Virus record (IMG/VR): IMGVR_UViG_3300046050_000015
Direction: 5' to 3' (one strand)
DNA from: an uncultured virus (IMG/VR IMGVR_UViG_3300046050_000015)
Lineage: Duplodnaviria > Heunggongvirae > Uroviricota > Caudoviricetes
Length of the DNA stretch: 64,000 nucleotides
The position numbers were made by a program, and so were the translations under genes. Position 1 is the stretch's first letter, and every line of letters starts with the position of its first letter. Shown here one piece after another: positions 1-9,425 of the stretch. The notes below the pieces were generated by a model. The model searched no databases. It was not told the DNA's origin and worked only from the letters and a program-made list of their open reading frames with translations.

Positions 1-15
1 GGGGGGGTTAGGCTC

Positions 16-1026
16 CTACTCTTCGTCGGCCAACTCTACCTCTTCTTCACCGACGAGAGCGTCCGCAGCACCCTCAAGGCCTTCTTCTTCGAAGAATCGC
101 TGATACCCCTTGTCGGTCACGTTCAGGCGGGCACCATCTGGGAAGTTGGGGTGGCGGCTATCCAACACGTCGACCCAGTAATCCTTCTCCACGCTACCTT
201 CCTGGTTCCGGTGGCTTTGGTCCTCTTCACTGGTAACGCGGTGCCGAAGTTGGACGTTGTAGTCGTCCTTGAAGTACTTCGGCCACTTGGGTGGCTTGAC
301 CTCTGTGACGACCTTCGTGCTGCCACCTTCCTTTCGCTTCATATCGGTCTTTTCTTGGGCCCCGTACCCCGTCAAGAAGAGTCCACGTTCCGGTACCTCT
401 CGTGCGGCTTCTTCGACGTGCATGACGAACGATTTTCGCTTCGAGTAATCTTGGATTTGGAGTTCGGCAAGCATGTCGTAGTTCTCCTCACCCTTCACCG
501 CGGTCGGGGCAATCTTGTCGTAGAACTTGTTGAACATGTCCAAGACAAGCCAATCGATATCGTCACGCTTTTTCAGTTCTTGGAGCTTCCACTGAATCAT
601 ACCCAAGGCCTGGACGCCACTCTTCGGCTCGTTGACCGAGAATCCCCCATACCCAATCTCGGGCTCTGGCTTGGTTGCCTCGGTCCATTCGATGTGCCCC
701 CGCGAGAGACCCGATTTCTCTCGTTGATAGAACTTCACCAACGAGGGTACCGTGGTCTCGTCGAATGTCAGAATGTGAATCTTCTGACCCTCATCGACCG
801 GGAGTCGGGACAAGGAGATGGTTTTCCCTGTGCCCTTATCTCCGTAGATAAGACCCAGAACACGCGGGGTCGTAACATCCTCGAACGACCCCGTGGAGAG
901 TGGGGCCTCAGCTTGCACATTGCGGGTCAACCCTTCTCGGGGCGGCCCGCTGAGGATGTCAGGCTCCGACGACTCCATGTCGGATTCGGTGCCCTCGTCC
1001 CCGCCCTCGTCTACGCTTACATCCAT
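16..1026 (-). CDS. P-loop ATPase, AAA_24/Sak4-like recombinase
   Basis: Walker A GDKGTGKT, Walker B-like WLVLD; lies beside SSB-like and primase genes. Confidence 0.65.
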   Translation of the reverse strand: MDVSVDEGGDEGTESDMESSEPDILSGPPREGLTRNVQAEAPLSTGSFEDVTTPRVLGLIYGDKGTGKTISLSRLPVDEGQKIHILTFDETTVPSLVKFYQREKSGLSRGHIEWTEATKPEPEIGYGGFSVNEPKSGVQALGMIQWKLQELKKRDDIDWLVLDMFNKFYDKIAPTAVKGEENYDMLAELQIQDYSKRKSFVMHVEEAAREVPERGLFLTGYGAQEKTDMKRKEGGSTKVVTEVKPPKWPKYFKDDYNVQLRHRVTSEEDQSHRNQEGSVEKDYWVDVLDSRHPNFPDGARLNVTDKGYQRFFEEEGLEGAADALVGEEEVELADEE

Positions 1027-1051
1027 TGCTTAGGTCACCCTTTCGCTCGTC

Positions 1052-2593
1052 TTACAGCCCGCTCCCGGTGGCAATACCGTCAGCTTCCGCCTGCTCGGTA
1101 AAGTCGTCTTCGGACACCTCGTCCACGTCACCGAGACCGCCGAAGTCACTGAAGGCATTGTCTTCGGTCACAACGCCGTGCTCGCTGAGGAACACGACGA
1201 ACGCACCCTGGTTATTGATGTCGTGAACGGTTTCCATGACGGGTTCACCGTTCTCGTCCGTGATGATGTTGCCTTCATCGTCGCGAGCCTCCGCCTCATA
1301 GCTGTACGGGTGCTCTCGCACGTCGGCCCAGAAGACACCGTTCTGGTCCTTCATGTGGACGGTGAACTCCCAGCAGCTCGGGTCGAAACCGGGACCCGTG
1401 TCAGGTTCGACTTCCTCGATATCGAAGAAACGCAAGTTCCCGAAGATGTTCTCGATGGTGATGGAGAGGTCGTCGAACTCCAGGTCACCAATATCGAGGC
1501 CGTCGACATCCTCCGGCACTTCGCCATCCCCATCTTCGAACGTGGCGAGGAGGTCGAGGGCGCGATAGGTGTGCTCGGTGCCGTCATCGAGCGTGGTCGA
1601 ACCGGCTTCAGTGAGGAGACCTTGCTCTTCAAGAGCCTCAAGGGCTCGAACAACCGCCCGCTCACCGAACTCGTCGGCCAGGTTGTTGAAACCCTCTCCA
1701 CCGTTACGTGAGGAGGTCGTACCAAGGCGGGCGCCGATAAGTAGTCGCTTACCGGATAGCACCTTGTAGTAGCGGTTACCGTTCGCCTCGTCGGAGAGGT
1801 CGAACGTTTCTTGCGTCTGGTCGATGGGCAACTTGAATCGGACGCGGTTATCGTCGCTGTCCTCCGTCATGATGCGGAGGCGCGGGGCGAAGGAAACGTC
1901 TACGTCGGGCGCGGTCCAGTCCACGTCGTCTTGCTCTTCACCCACGGTAACGGTGTAGACTTGGGGGTAGTTGCCGTCGCCGTAGATGGTGCCGCGCTGG
2001 GTCAGATTGTCCGGGTCGACCATGGCCTCGCCGTTGACGAGGCTCTGCCCCTGGAGGCGAAGTAGGTCCTCGGTGAGTGTGAGGTCGGGGACCGGTAGGC
2101 TGTGGTCCTCGGCACGAACATCCATTTCGCTCCGTTCGAGCGTGCTGTATTCTTCGACCTCGCCGGTGAGGATGTTGGTCTCTCGCATGAATGGCTCGAC
2201 GACGACCGTCGCCATCGTGGGGAGTTCGGGTACGTCGGCCCCGAAGGTTCCAGTGGTACCGTCGCCGAAGAGGACGCGGCCACCGATGCGGGGCTGGTCG
2301 TCGAAGTCCACGTGGTCGATGAAGTAACCTTCGCGCTCGATGGGTTCCCGGCGAACGAGGAGGTTGGCCAGGGCGCGTTGCTCGGCGACTTGCTCGGATG
2401 GGGCCGGGCCGATGTGGAAATCAACCAGGCTTTGCCAGGCATCGCTCGTTTGTACGTCCTCTACGTTGTCGAAACCGTATTCATCTTGGACGGCCTCAAG
2501 GAGTTCAGCCAGGGTGTGCCCCTGGAACTCTTCGAGGTTAACGTCCGTGTATGGTTGTACCGTGTGTCCAGAAACTTCGATGGTGTCAGGCAT
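1052..2593 (-). CDS. large acidic protein, possibly ssDNA-binding (RPA/SSB-like)
   Basis: long acidic ORF with beta-rich segments and acidic tail (DFGGLGDVDEVSEDDF); function inferred only from context. Confidence 0.4.
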   Translation of the reverse strand: MPDTIEVSGHTVQPYTDVNLEEFQGHTLAELLEAVQDEYGFDNVEDVQTSDAWQSLVDFHIGPAPSEQVAEQRALANLLVRREPIEREGYFIDHVDFDDQPRIGGRVLFGDGTTGTFGADVPELPTMATVVVEPFMRETNILTGEVEEYSTLERSEMDVRAEDHSLPVPDLTLTEDLLRLQGQSLVNGEAMVDPDNLTQRGTIYGDGNYPQVYTVTVGEEQDDVDWTAPDVDVSFAPRLRIMTEDSDDNRVRFKLPIDQTQETFDLSDEANGNRYYKVLSGKRLLIGARLGTTSSRNGGEGFNNLADEFGERAVVRALEALEEQGLLTEAGSTTLDDGTEHTYRALDLLATFEDGDGEVPEDVDGLDIGDLEFDDLSITIENIFGNLRFFDIEEVEPDTGPGFDPSCWEFTVHMKDQNGVFWADVREHPYSYEAEARDDEGNIITDENGEPVMETVHDINNQGAFVVFLSEHGVVTEDNAFSDFGGLGDVDEVSEDDFTEQAEADGIATGSGL

Positions 2594-2603
2594 TGTATCA
2601 CCG

Positions 2604-3293
2604 TTATTTGTTTGGAGGTTCCTTCGCACCACCCGAGTCGTCTCGGGCAGCCCGGAGAACGGAAGCGATATCTTCCCGCTCCACCTCCGGGGGTTGCGTT
2701 GGAATCCTCGTGTCCGCTATTGCGTATGCCTTGGGCCTACTTAAGCTTACTGGCTTGTAGTTTCCGGGACCATCGGTCCAGAGGGTCTTCGTAAAGCGCT
2801 TCTTGGCCCCGAAGGCACGAATGGCTTGACTGTTCTTGTCCGGACAGAGCAAACGTTCATCGTGCCCGAATTCGGTGAATATCTCAGTCAGTTCGTGGTC
2901 GAGGTGGTCGAAGATGGAGCCGTTGTTCAGTTGCCCCAAGGCAATCGAAACAACCGAATCGGCAAATTCTTCACGACATTCTTCGTCGATGAAGACGTGC
3001 GTGTGCGTACCTCTCCCGCCACTGAGTGCGCCCCAGTAAGGAATATCATGTTCGTTGAGAATGTCCCACAACAGATGGGTGCGGTCAACGCATGTTTCCC
3101 AATCGTCTACGTCCATGTCGAACACGACCTCACAAGGAAGAACGTTTCGGTAACCGTGCTGGATGTAACGACTGGTGTACCTCCAGTTGTACACTTGTCC
3201 GGATGGGCTAGATTCGCAGACTCGGAGAGATTCGCCCTTCAGTTCGTGTAGATTGTTGAAGAGGGCACGTCGACGTTCTTCCTTGGTCGCCAT
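2604..3293 (-). CDS. archaeo-eukaryotic primase catalytic subunit (PriS-like)
   Basis: AEP motif I EVVFDMD and motif II SGGRGTHTH; start uncertain (3293 or 3311). Confidence 0.8.
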   Translation of the reverse strand: MATKEERRRALFNNLHELKGESLRVCESSPSGQVYNWRYTSRYIQHGYRNVLPCEVVFDMDVDDWETCVDRTHLLWDILNEHDIPYWGALSGGRGTHTHVFIDEECREEFADSVVSIALGQLNNGSIFDHLDHELTEIFTEFGHDERLLCPDKNSQAIRAFGAKKRFTKTLWTDGPGNYKPVSLSRPKAYAIADTRIPTQPPEVEREDIASVLRAARDDSGGAKEPPNK

Positions 3294-3386
3294 CCGTTGC
3301 ACAGCCACCATAACTATACCATTCGATATAAGGGTTGGGACACCGTAAACCTTATCAGTAATAATTAATGTATGTGTATTGATACC

Positions 3387-3563
3387 ATGACACTGGAACT
3401 CAAGGAGAAGGAAGAGTCCAAACAAGAAGAGGAAGAACTAGACTTCGGGGCCACGTTCGATACTGAAGATGCGAAAGACGAAGACTTCGACCTTAACCTA
3501 GACTCTGCTCGATTCCAAGGTTCGAAGGGTCAGGCCGGCACTCGTACCCGCTCGGGCAACTAG
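3387..3563 (+). CDS. small acidic hypothetical protein
   Basis: divergent ORF after AT-rich promoter region; halophilic composition. Confidence 0.45.
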   Translation: MTLELKEKEESKQEEEELDFGATFDTEDAKDEDFDLNLDSARFQGSKGQAGTRTRSGN

Positions 3564-3582
3564 CCCAATTCTACACGGTGCC

Positions 3583-3855
3583 TTATTCCCCACTCCCTTC
3601 GAGGGACATTACCATGAGGTCTTCGAACCACATATGGAGGCTGTCAGAATCTACCTCTAGTTCCATAGACATGGAACACCCCATGTAGTGTTCTAAGATG
3701 GTCTCTAGTTTTTCGTTTTCTTCAGTTCCGATAATCTTTACCTTGGTCTGCTCCTGGTACTCCACCTTTTCGTCGTTCCAATGCGCCCTGGAGTTAACTA
3801 CAGGTTTAACCTTACCATCTAACTCGTAAAGTACTCCATCAATCCAAAGATTCAT
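3583..3855 (-). CDS. hypothetical protein
   Basis: acidic ORF overlapping upstream gene by 4 nt. Confidence 0.6.
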   Translation of the reverse strand: MNLWIDGVLYELDGKVKPVVNSRAHWNDEKVEYQEQTKVKIIGTEENEKLETILEHYMGCSMSMELEVDSDSLHMWFEDLMVMSLEGSGE

Positions 3856-4271
3856 AATTCAAATACTCCGTTTTGTTCGGTTTCTGGGTTGGTATTTTCT
3901 TCTATGGTACTACCATAGATGAAGAATTCAGTAGAACCTTCCCTGGGCATCTCAGTAACTTCAGACACACAACATTCATCGAAACCAATAACCATCCCAC
4001 TTTCGGTGTGGGAAATGCCAAAGAATGTCTCTAAACCAATATCATTCATAGCCCTAAGCATTCGCCCAATAGCACTACTTCTTTCAATAATGGTCGTGAG
4101 GCTATACGACCGCCGATGAGACTCCCGTCTACGGCTGGAGTGCTTGATTGTGGAGTTTATTTGCTCTACACCAGCGTTCCGAACTTCATAAACTGGTCCC
4201 TCATCCTGAATAGGAAACTTCGATTCGCCAATGTGTAGATAGCCGTAGATTTCGTTATCAAAACTAATCAC
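3852..4271 (-). CDS. hypothetical protein
   Basis: coupled to the CCA enzyme gene. Confidence 0.6.
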   Translation of the reverse strand: MISFDNEIYGYLHIGESKFPIQDEGPVYEVRNAGVEQINSTIKHSSRRRESHRRSYSLTTIIERSSAIGRMLRAMNDIGLETFFGISHTESGMVIGFDECCVSEVTEMPREGSTEFFIYGSTIEENTNPETEQNGVFEL

Positions 4272-5644
4272 GGTACTTCCCTCCGGAACTCTTCACCGAG
4301 CTGGTCTTGGTGTTGTCGAATGTACTCAGTATCCCTTTCAATGGCCTCCCTCACGAACATGTCGAGGATAAGTTTTCGGTTCAGACTGGGGTCATTATCC
4401 ACGATGGTACGCAGGGTGGAGAGGATGCCTCCAACCATGGGCCCAGGGTCGATGTACTCCAATACGTCGTCGCCGCTGATAGCTAACTCTGGAGGCTCAA
4501 CCCCGTCCTCGTTCATCAGTTCAAGCATGGACTTGATACGAACCGCCCGAGCCAGGCTATCTTGTTTGCCATGAGCCATCAGGTCAGCAACTCGAAGATT
4601 CACCAGGTCCTCAAACTCCTCATCCGAGTCAACCTTACGTCGGAGTCGACGAACGGCCTTCTTGAGATTGTGCTCGGGTTCGAACATGTGAAGATGAACT
4701 ATCCGAGCCACCCTCTCCACATCGTCGTTAGAGAACCGGAGTCGGCGCAGATATCGTTGGACGATGCGTTCGCTATCTTTCTCGTGCCCATAGAAGTGTG
4801 GGTCGTCAGGGTCACCATTGTAAGCATCTACCTTACCCACGTCGTGGAGAAGGGTAGCAAGGCGTAACAGCGGTTGGCTTGAAGGAACCTGTTTTGCAGC
4901 CTTTGTAGAATGTACCAATGGACCATGCTCGTGGTGCTCGTCGGGGTGAGGCAGGTATGCAAGCTCGTGCAATTCGGGTGGGAACAAGTCGTCGTGGAGA
5001 TTCGTGTTCATCGCCGCACCCACGAGTAGTTCCACGTCCCCGGTCATGGCTTTCATCAACTCTTCACGGATGCGTTCCTCTGCGATGGAATCAAGGTTAG
5101 TTTCCTTGATGGCTTCCAGGGTATCGTCACCGATGGAGAATTGGTAGGTAACCGCGAACCGAAGCGCCCGGAGAACTCGTAACTGGTCTTCGTCGAAGCG
5201 TTCTCGTGGCTCACCCACGGTGGAGATTCGTTGCCTGGCCAGGTCGTGTTGACCGTTGAATGGGTCAACGAGGGACCCATCGGCCATGTTTACGGCCATC
5301 GCGTTGATGGTGAAGTCACGTCGCTTCAAGTCCTCGCGGATATTGTTGGCGAACTCTACATCGTCGGGTCGGCGATTGTCGGAGTAAGTGGATTCGGTGC
5401 GGTAGGTGGTAATCTCGGCCTCTTCATCGTCGCGGTGGACAAGAATGGTACCATGGTCGATACCTACGGGCTTCAGGTCGGGAAAAACTTCAAGCATTTC
5501 TTGGGGGGTTGCATCGGTGGCGTAGTCAATGTCGTTGCTTTCCTTGCCAAGCATACGGTCCCGTACCGCGCCGCCGACGAGGTAGCACTCGTAACCGGCG
5601 CCGAGTAACTCATCCGCGATAGTTGACTCGTGTAGTAGATTCAT
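4268..5644 (-). CDS. cca: class II CCA tRNA nucleotidyltransferase with HD domain
   Basis: LVGGAVRD, DIDYAT, DLKRRDFTINAMA, EDQLR motifs; HD domain LLHDVGK...FYGHE. Confidence 0.9.
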   Translation of the reverse strand: MNLLHESTIADELLGAGYECYLVGGAVRDRMLGKESNDIDYATDATPQEMLEVFPDLKPVGIDHGTILVHRDDEEAEITTYRTESTYSDNRRPDDVEFANNIREDLKRRDFTINAMAVNMADGSLVDPFNGQHDLARQRISTVGEPRERFDEDQLRVLRALRFAVTYQFSIGDDTLEAIKETNLDSIAEERIREELMKAMTGDVELLVGAAMNTNLHDDLFPPELHELAYLPHPDEHHEHGPLVHSTKAAKQVPSSQPLLRLATLLHDVGKVDAYNGDPDDPHFYGHEKDSERIVQRYLRRLRFSNDDVERVARIVHLHMFEPEHNLKKAVRRLRRKVDSDEEFEDLVNLRVADLMAHGKQDSLARAVRIKSMLELMNEDGVEPPELAISGDDVLEYIDPGPMVGGILSTLRTIVDNDPSLNRKLILDMFVREAIERDTEYIRQHQDQLGEEFRREVP

Positions 5645-5683
5645 TGTCACAACAAATGCCTTCAAACAATAAAAGTGTTTAGA

Positions 5684-6640
5684 TTAGTGGTGGTCCGAGT
5701 ACTCGAACGTTTCCAAAGCTACCCCATCGTCTAACTTGACGACCACGACTTCTTTGTGGTCACCGAAGGCAAGTTCGAATGGGTCAATCTCGTCACCGGT
5801 TAGTTCGTTCATCATGTCACGGATGGCGTCTTGAGTGCCACCGAGTTGGCTAGGAACTTGAACCCATTCACCTTCCCGCTTCTCCTTGGTCCGGCTCCAT
5901 TCTACCCAGTTTCCTTCCGGTAACTCGTACTCCCCCACCTGGTCACCGAAATGTCCCTCCGCCACTCCGCCGAGGTAATGGATGTCATGAATCTCGTCCT
6001 CGGTTAGCGTCGTGTAGAATTCGGGTTCGTCGACGTACACGCCAAAGCTACACGGCTGACCGTCGTTGAAGTAGGGCGTAAATTGCGCCCATCGGAATGC
6101 AACGACACTATCATCTACTTCGTCAAATACCCTTTCCACTTGTTGAAGGATTACATCCGTGACCATTCCGCGGATTGGGGTAGCCAGGTCCTTAAGTTGT
6201 GCCTGAATTTGTTCGAATCGTTGTTCAATTTTTTCGCGCTCCATCGAGTCCAGGGAGTCCTCTTCTCGGTCCTCTTCGAGGCGTTCATCTGAGGGTGGTG
6301 TTCCTTGACCGTTTTGCATCCAGTCCTCAATGTCCATGGCTTGGATGTAGTCTTGGACCGTAGGAATGAACTTACCCTTGAGGTCCTCAAGAATGTGTTG
6401 TTCACCAACTTCACGAACCGGAACTTGGGAACCCTCGCTGTTCTCGACGGTTTTCCCGAAGGCTTTCTCTAGGGGGCCGTTGGGTCCGATGAACCAGGCG
6501 TTATGGGTGAGGACCCGGTGTCGATTGTCACCAACGACCCCCTTGGAACTATCCATGAAGTCGTGAATGTCGATGTAGTCCTCGGGTTCACCACCGAATG
6601 TTTTCGCGCTTGAAATCGCGTGCGTAATTGGTTTCGCCAT
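5684..6640 (-). CDS. DUF6915-like protein fused to a WxQFTPYFNDGxPCxF domain
   Basis: N-term HAISSAKTFGG..IHDFMDSSK..RHRVLTH..EQHILED; family name recalled, not searched. Confidence 0.6.
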   Translation of the reverse strand: MAKPITHAISSAKTFGGEPEDYIDIHDFMDSSKGVVGDNRHRVLTHNAWFIGPNGPLEKAFGKTVENSEGSQVPVREVGEQHILEDLKGKFIPTVQDYIQAMDIEDWMQNGQGTPPSDERLEEDREEDSLDSMEREKIEQRFEQIQAQLKDLATPIRGMVTDVILQQVERVFDEVDDSVVAFRWAQFTPYFNDGQPCSFGVYVDEPEFYTTLTEDEIHDIHYLGGVAEGHFGDQVGEYELPEGNWVEWSRTKEKREGEWVQVPSQLGGTQDAIRDMMNELTGDEIDPFELAFGDHKEVVVVKLDDGVALETFEYSDHH

Positions 6641-6666
6641 CTTGTCACCTCAGTACAACAACTTCG

Positions 6667-7104
6667 TCATGTAATCCATTCATTCCCAGTACCGCGAATA
6701 TAAGCAATTGAGACCAAGGCACTCAAGATAGCTACGGCAGCCCCCGCCAGTGCACTAATTTCCCCGGTTACGGGGACAATGATTCCAAGCCCGAAGCGGC
6801 GATTGAAATGGACGCCAAGGGGAATGCCGACGAATCCGAAGCCCAAGAACGGCAAGAGGGCGAGGGCACCATAGAGTCCAGTGAAGACGCCAATATCTTC
6901 ACCGATACCAAGGTTGGCTCCGCCAAGGAGGCCAAACGTTACGGAGGAAACATCACCCATAATTCCGCTACCTTCGCCCCCATCGTTGTTTTCTCCACCG
7001 GACCCGAGCATGCCGAGCCCAATCCAGAGACCGCCGGCTGGGCGTGTCCAGAGTCGTGGCATAGTACTCACTATTTGACTTCGTTCCGGATTAACTTCGC
7101 CCAT
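6667..7104 (-). CDS. membrane protein
   Basis: several hydrophobic Gly-rich segments. Confidence 0.55.
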   Translation of the reverse strand: MGEVNPERSQIVSTMPRLWTRPAGGLWIGLGMLGSGGENNDGGEGSGIMGDVSSVTFGLLGGANLGIGEDIGVFTGLYGALALLPFLGFGFVGIPLGVHFNRRFGLGIIVPVTGEISALAGAAVAILSALVSIAYIRGTGNEWIT

Positions 7105-7258
7105 TTACCTGCCCTCTCAAGGTGCCCCAGAAGCGTATCTTCACTAACGTTCCCATTAGCGGCATGGGACACGCTGCCCACCTCTGTCTTTAACCGCTCT
7201 ACGTAGGCCTTGGTTGGAGCGTCAGATGCATCTTCACGAATTTCATCAGGTACGAAAA

Positions 7259-8002
7259 TTATGGGTTCAACCTCTGTCGTTGAATCGCTTGTTGGTTCTC
7301 GTTCCAGACATCCATAACTGTGGGCATGTTCTCCTCTAACACGCGTTCAATGCCTTGGGACAGGTCTCGAATCTCACTCTGAGCGTCACCGGCACCACGC
7401 ATGTGTAAAATGTGGAAAGCCGTGCGAACGTTCATACTGGCCGTGATGTTGACCTTCGTCCCGATAGGAAGAACCATGCGGGCCTTCTCCTTGGGCACCC
7501 CGCTCTCCACCAAGTCTTCGTACAGCAGGACGCATGCCTCGTAGTGGGCCTTGATGGCGGCCTCACGTTGCTCTTGTGACATGTCAATGTTCATCAACCC
7601 ACCTTCACGGGCCTGCACGGAATCCTCGACGAAGGCATCTGGCCAACGGAAATCTTCACGGCTGGCTCCATCCTTGTCGCTGAAGTCGACGTAGCGCATC
7701 GACTGAATGTCGAAGCTAATGTGGCGGTGTCGGGTAATCTGCGCCATACAGGAACGACTAACGCGGAAATGGAGAGTGAACTGGGGATGCTCGAAGGGAC
7801 CCCAATGTCCTCGTAGCATGAGCTTCTTGAGAAGGGTATACTTCTTCTCCTGAATGGTGTCCCCATCAGTGCCTTCCATAACGGTTTCGAGGCTGTCCTC
7901 GGTTACGTTACCGTTGTAGTAGTCGTTGCGGGCACATGTACACACCAACTCTTCGGGGTTATCTGTAAATTCGATGCATTGAACTTCAACCATAATCTTC
8001 AC
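7259..8002 (-). CDS. thyX: FAD-dependent thymidylate synthase
   Basis: GHWGPFEH and RHRHISFDIQSMRY signature, ARMVLP, AQSEIR. Confidence 0.95.
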   Translation of the reverse strand: MKIMVEVQCIEFTDNPEELVCTCARNDYYNGNVTEDSLETVMEGTDGDTIQEKKYTLLKKLMLRGHWGPFEHPQFTLHFRVSRSCMAQITRHRHISFDIQSMRYVDFSDKDGASREDFRWPDAFVEDSVQAREGGLMNIDMSQEQREAAIKAHYEACVLLYEDLVESGVPKEKARMVLPIGTKVNITASMNVRTAFHILHMRGAGDAQSEIRDLSQGIERVLEENMPTVMDVWNENQQAIQRQRLNP

Positions 8003-8241
8003 CCCTTCTCGAAGATAACGATGTTGTCACCATTTTGACCGTGCATAGTGCAGAAGAGGGTGATGATACCAGCTTGAATACCGAGCATGGCCCAGAAAGT
8101 TGTCTGAGCTGCTTCAACTGTCCCTTGGAATACTACCACACCCATGCCAATCAGGGGAACTGCACTCAACACGGCGGCGTACATGGCACTCTTGGGGTGT
8201 TGGGGTTCTTGTCCGATGTTTTCGATTAGCTCCTTACACAT
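7999..8241 (-). CDS. small membrane protein
   Basis: two hydrophobic helices; overlaps thyX start. Confidence 0.55.
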   Translation of the reverse strand: MCKELIENIGQEPQHPKSAMYAAVLSAVPLIGMGVVVFQGTVEAAQTTFWAMLGIQAGIITLFCTMHGQNGDNIVIFEKG

Positions 8242-8334
8242 TGTTTATCCTCGGATGCGGACGGTTTGGTTTCAAGCATCGCACCACCAAATATTTATCC
8301 ATATATATTAGTGTTCCGGTTGTGTAGATGGGTG

Positions 8335-8511
8335 TTAGGCCGAGGCAACTAGACCTACCAGGAACCCAAAGATGACGATTGCGCCACCAAGGGTTGCACT
8401 AATCCAGAGTGGTGATAGGACCCATAGCCAAGACCAACCAATCGTACCTGTGAGCTTCAGCACAAGGAATAGTAGGGTCAACACTACCGGAAGACTAACA
8501 CTTGAGGACAT
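8335..8511 (-). CDS. small membrane protein (MSSSVSLPVVLTLLFLVLKLTGTIGWSWLWVLSPLWIS...)
   Basis: 58-aa ORF read manually; LKLTGxIxWSWxWVLSPLW pattern is common in small phage membrane proteins. Confidence 0.7.
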   Translation of the reverse strand: MSSSVSLPVVLTLLFLVLKLTGTIGWSWLWVLSPLWISATLGGAIVIFGFLVGLVASA

Positions 8512-8634
8512 CTTAACTCACCTACAGAGTGAAGGTGGCTCAAGACTTAAAGGATTTACGGTTGGTCATGTAGACCCCAACCCTCAACTACGGACCCAGT
8601 GATTCAACGCAAATGACTCACCACAGTGAGTCAA

Positions 8635-8708
8635 AGGTCTCGACAGGACTCGAACCCGCAATGGCCCGATTAGAAGTCGGGTACGTTATCCAGTTTCGTC
8701 ACGAGACC
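8635..8708 (-). tRNA. tRNA-Arg(UCU)
   Basis: cloverleaf; CCCGA-CT-TCT-AA-TCGGG; GGTTCGAGTCC. Confidence 0.9.
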
Positions 8709-8710
8709 AA

Positions 8711-8784
8711 TGCACTCGACCGGATTCGAACCAGTGACTTCCAGGTTCGCAACCTGGCGTCCTCATCCACTAGACCACGAGCGC
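8711..8784 (-). tRNA. tRNA-Arg(GCG)
   Basis: CCAGG-TT-GCG-AA-CCTGG; GCG anticodon is archaeal-type. Confidence 0.9.
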
Positions 8785-8785
8785 A

Positions 8786-8888
8786 TGGTGGGTGAAGATT
8801 CCTTGTCGTCTTCGTTACCTGCGGTCGGTGAGTCGACCTTGAAATCTACGAATAGCAGAACTTCTCTCGATTCGGAATCCTCAACCCA
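8786..8888 (-). ncRNA. unknown structured RNA ending in CCA
   Basis: 5' TGGGTTGAGGATTCC pairs with 3' GGAATCTTCACCCA, followed by CCA. Confidence 0.5.
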
Positions 8889-8889
8889 G

Positions 8890-8992
8890 TACGCCCGACC
8901 GGACTCGAACCGGTAATCACCCCCGTATCAGGTGGGCGGGGTTACCCCGGCGGCTCATAAAACCGCTGCCTTGCCAATTTGGCCACGAGCGT
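8890..8992 (-). tRNA. atypical tRNA, anticodon UAU, about 35-nt variable region
   Basis: acceptor ACGCTCG/CGGGCGT-A; GCGGT-TT-TAT-GA-GCCGC; T arm ACCGG-TTCGAGT-CCGGT. Confidence 0.8.
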
Positions 8993-8996
8993 ATAA

Positions 8997-9068
8997 CGGC
9001 CCCCAGTGGACTCGAAACACCATCGCCTGGGTAACAACCAGGCATGCTACCAATTACACCAGGGGGTC
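8997..9068 (-). tRNA. tRNA-Asn(GUU)
   Basis: CCTGG-TT-GTT-AC-CCAGG; imperfect T stem. Confidence 0.8.
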
Positions 9069-9070
9069 AG

Positions 9071-9146
9071 TACGCCTGGCCGGATTTGAACCGGCGACTT
9101 CTGATATATCAGACCAGCGTCTTAAGCCAGACTCGACCACAGGCGA
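9071..9146 (-). tRNA. tRNA-Ile(GAU)
   Basis: CTGGT-CT-GAT-AT-ATCAG; U1-U72 mismatch. Confidence 0.85.
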
Positions 9147-9147
9147 G

Positions 9148-9221
9148 CGCACCCGGCAGGATTCGAACCTGCGGCCACCCGGTTAACAGCCGGGGGCTGT
9201 CGGCCTCTTAGCTACGGATGC
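9148..9221 (-). tRNA. tRNA-Asn(GUU), second copy
   Basis: CCCGG-CT-GTT-AA-CCGGG. Confidence 0.85.
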
Positions 9222-9224
9222 GAG

Positions 9225-9316
9225 CGCCGCCGAACGGATTCGAACCATTATGCCCCGTTTCTCAGAGGCACACGCTTTCCAGGCGTGCGAGCTAGACCAG
9301 GTTGCTCAACGGCGAC
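9225..9316 (-). tRNA. tRNA-Ser(GGA)
   Basis: CACGC-CT-GGA-AA-GCGTG, long variable arm, G73. Confidence 0.9.
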
Positions 9317-9324
9317 AAATGGAG

Positions 9325-9416
9325 CGCTGCCGAGCGGATTCGAACCACTACACCCCATCTTGCAGAGGTACCAGGATAGCAACCTGGCGAGCTAGACCGA
9401 ATTGCTCAACGACAGC
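9325..9416 (-). tRNA. tRNA-Ser(GCU)
   Basis: CCAGG-TT-GCT-AT-CCTGG, long variable arm, G73. Confidence 0.9.
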
Positions 9417-9425
9417 ACGTGTGAA

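Noticed and set aside
151..2794. long plus-strand ORFs antisense to replication genes (and similar ones elsewhere, e.g. 13306-14094, 53532-54323)
   Set aside because: shadow frames produced by codon bias of the real genes; no motifs
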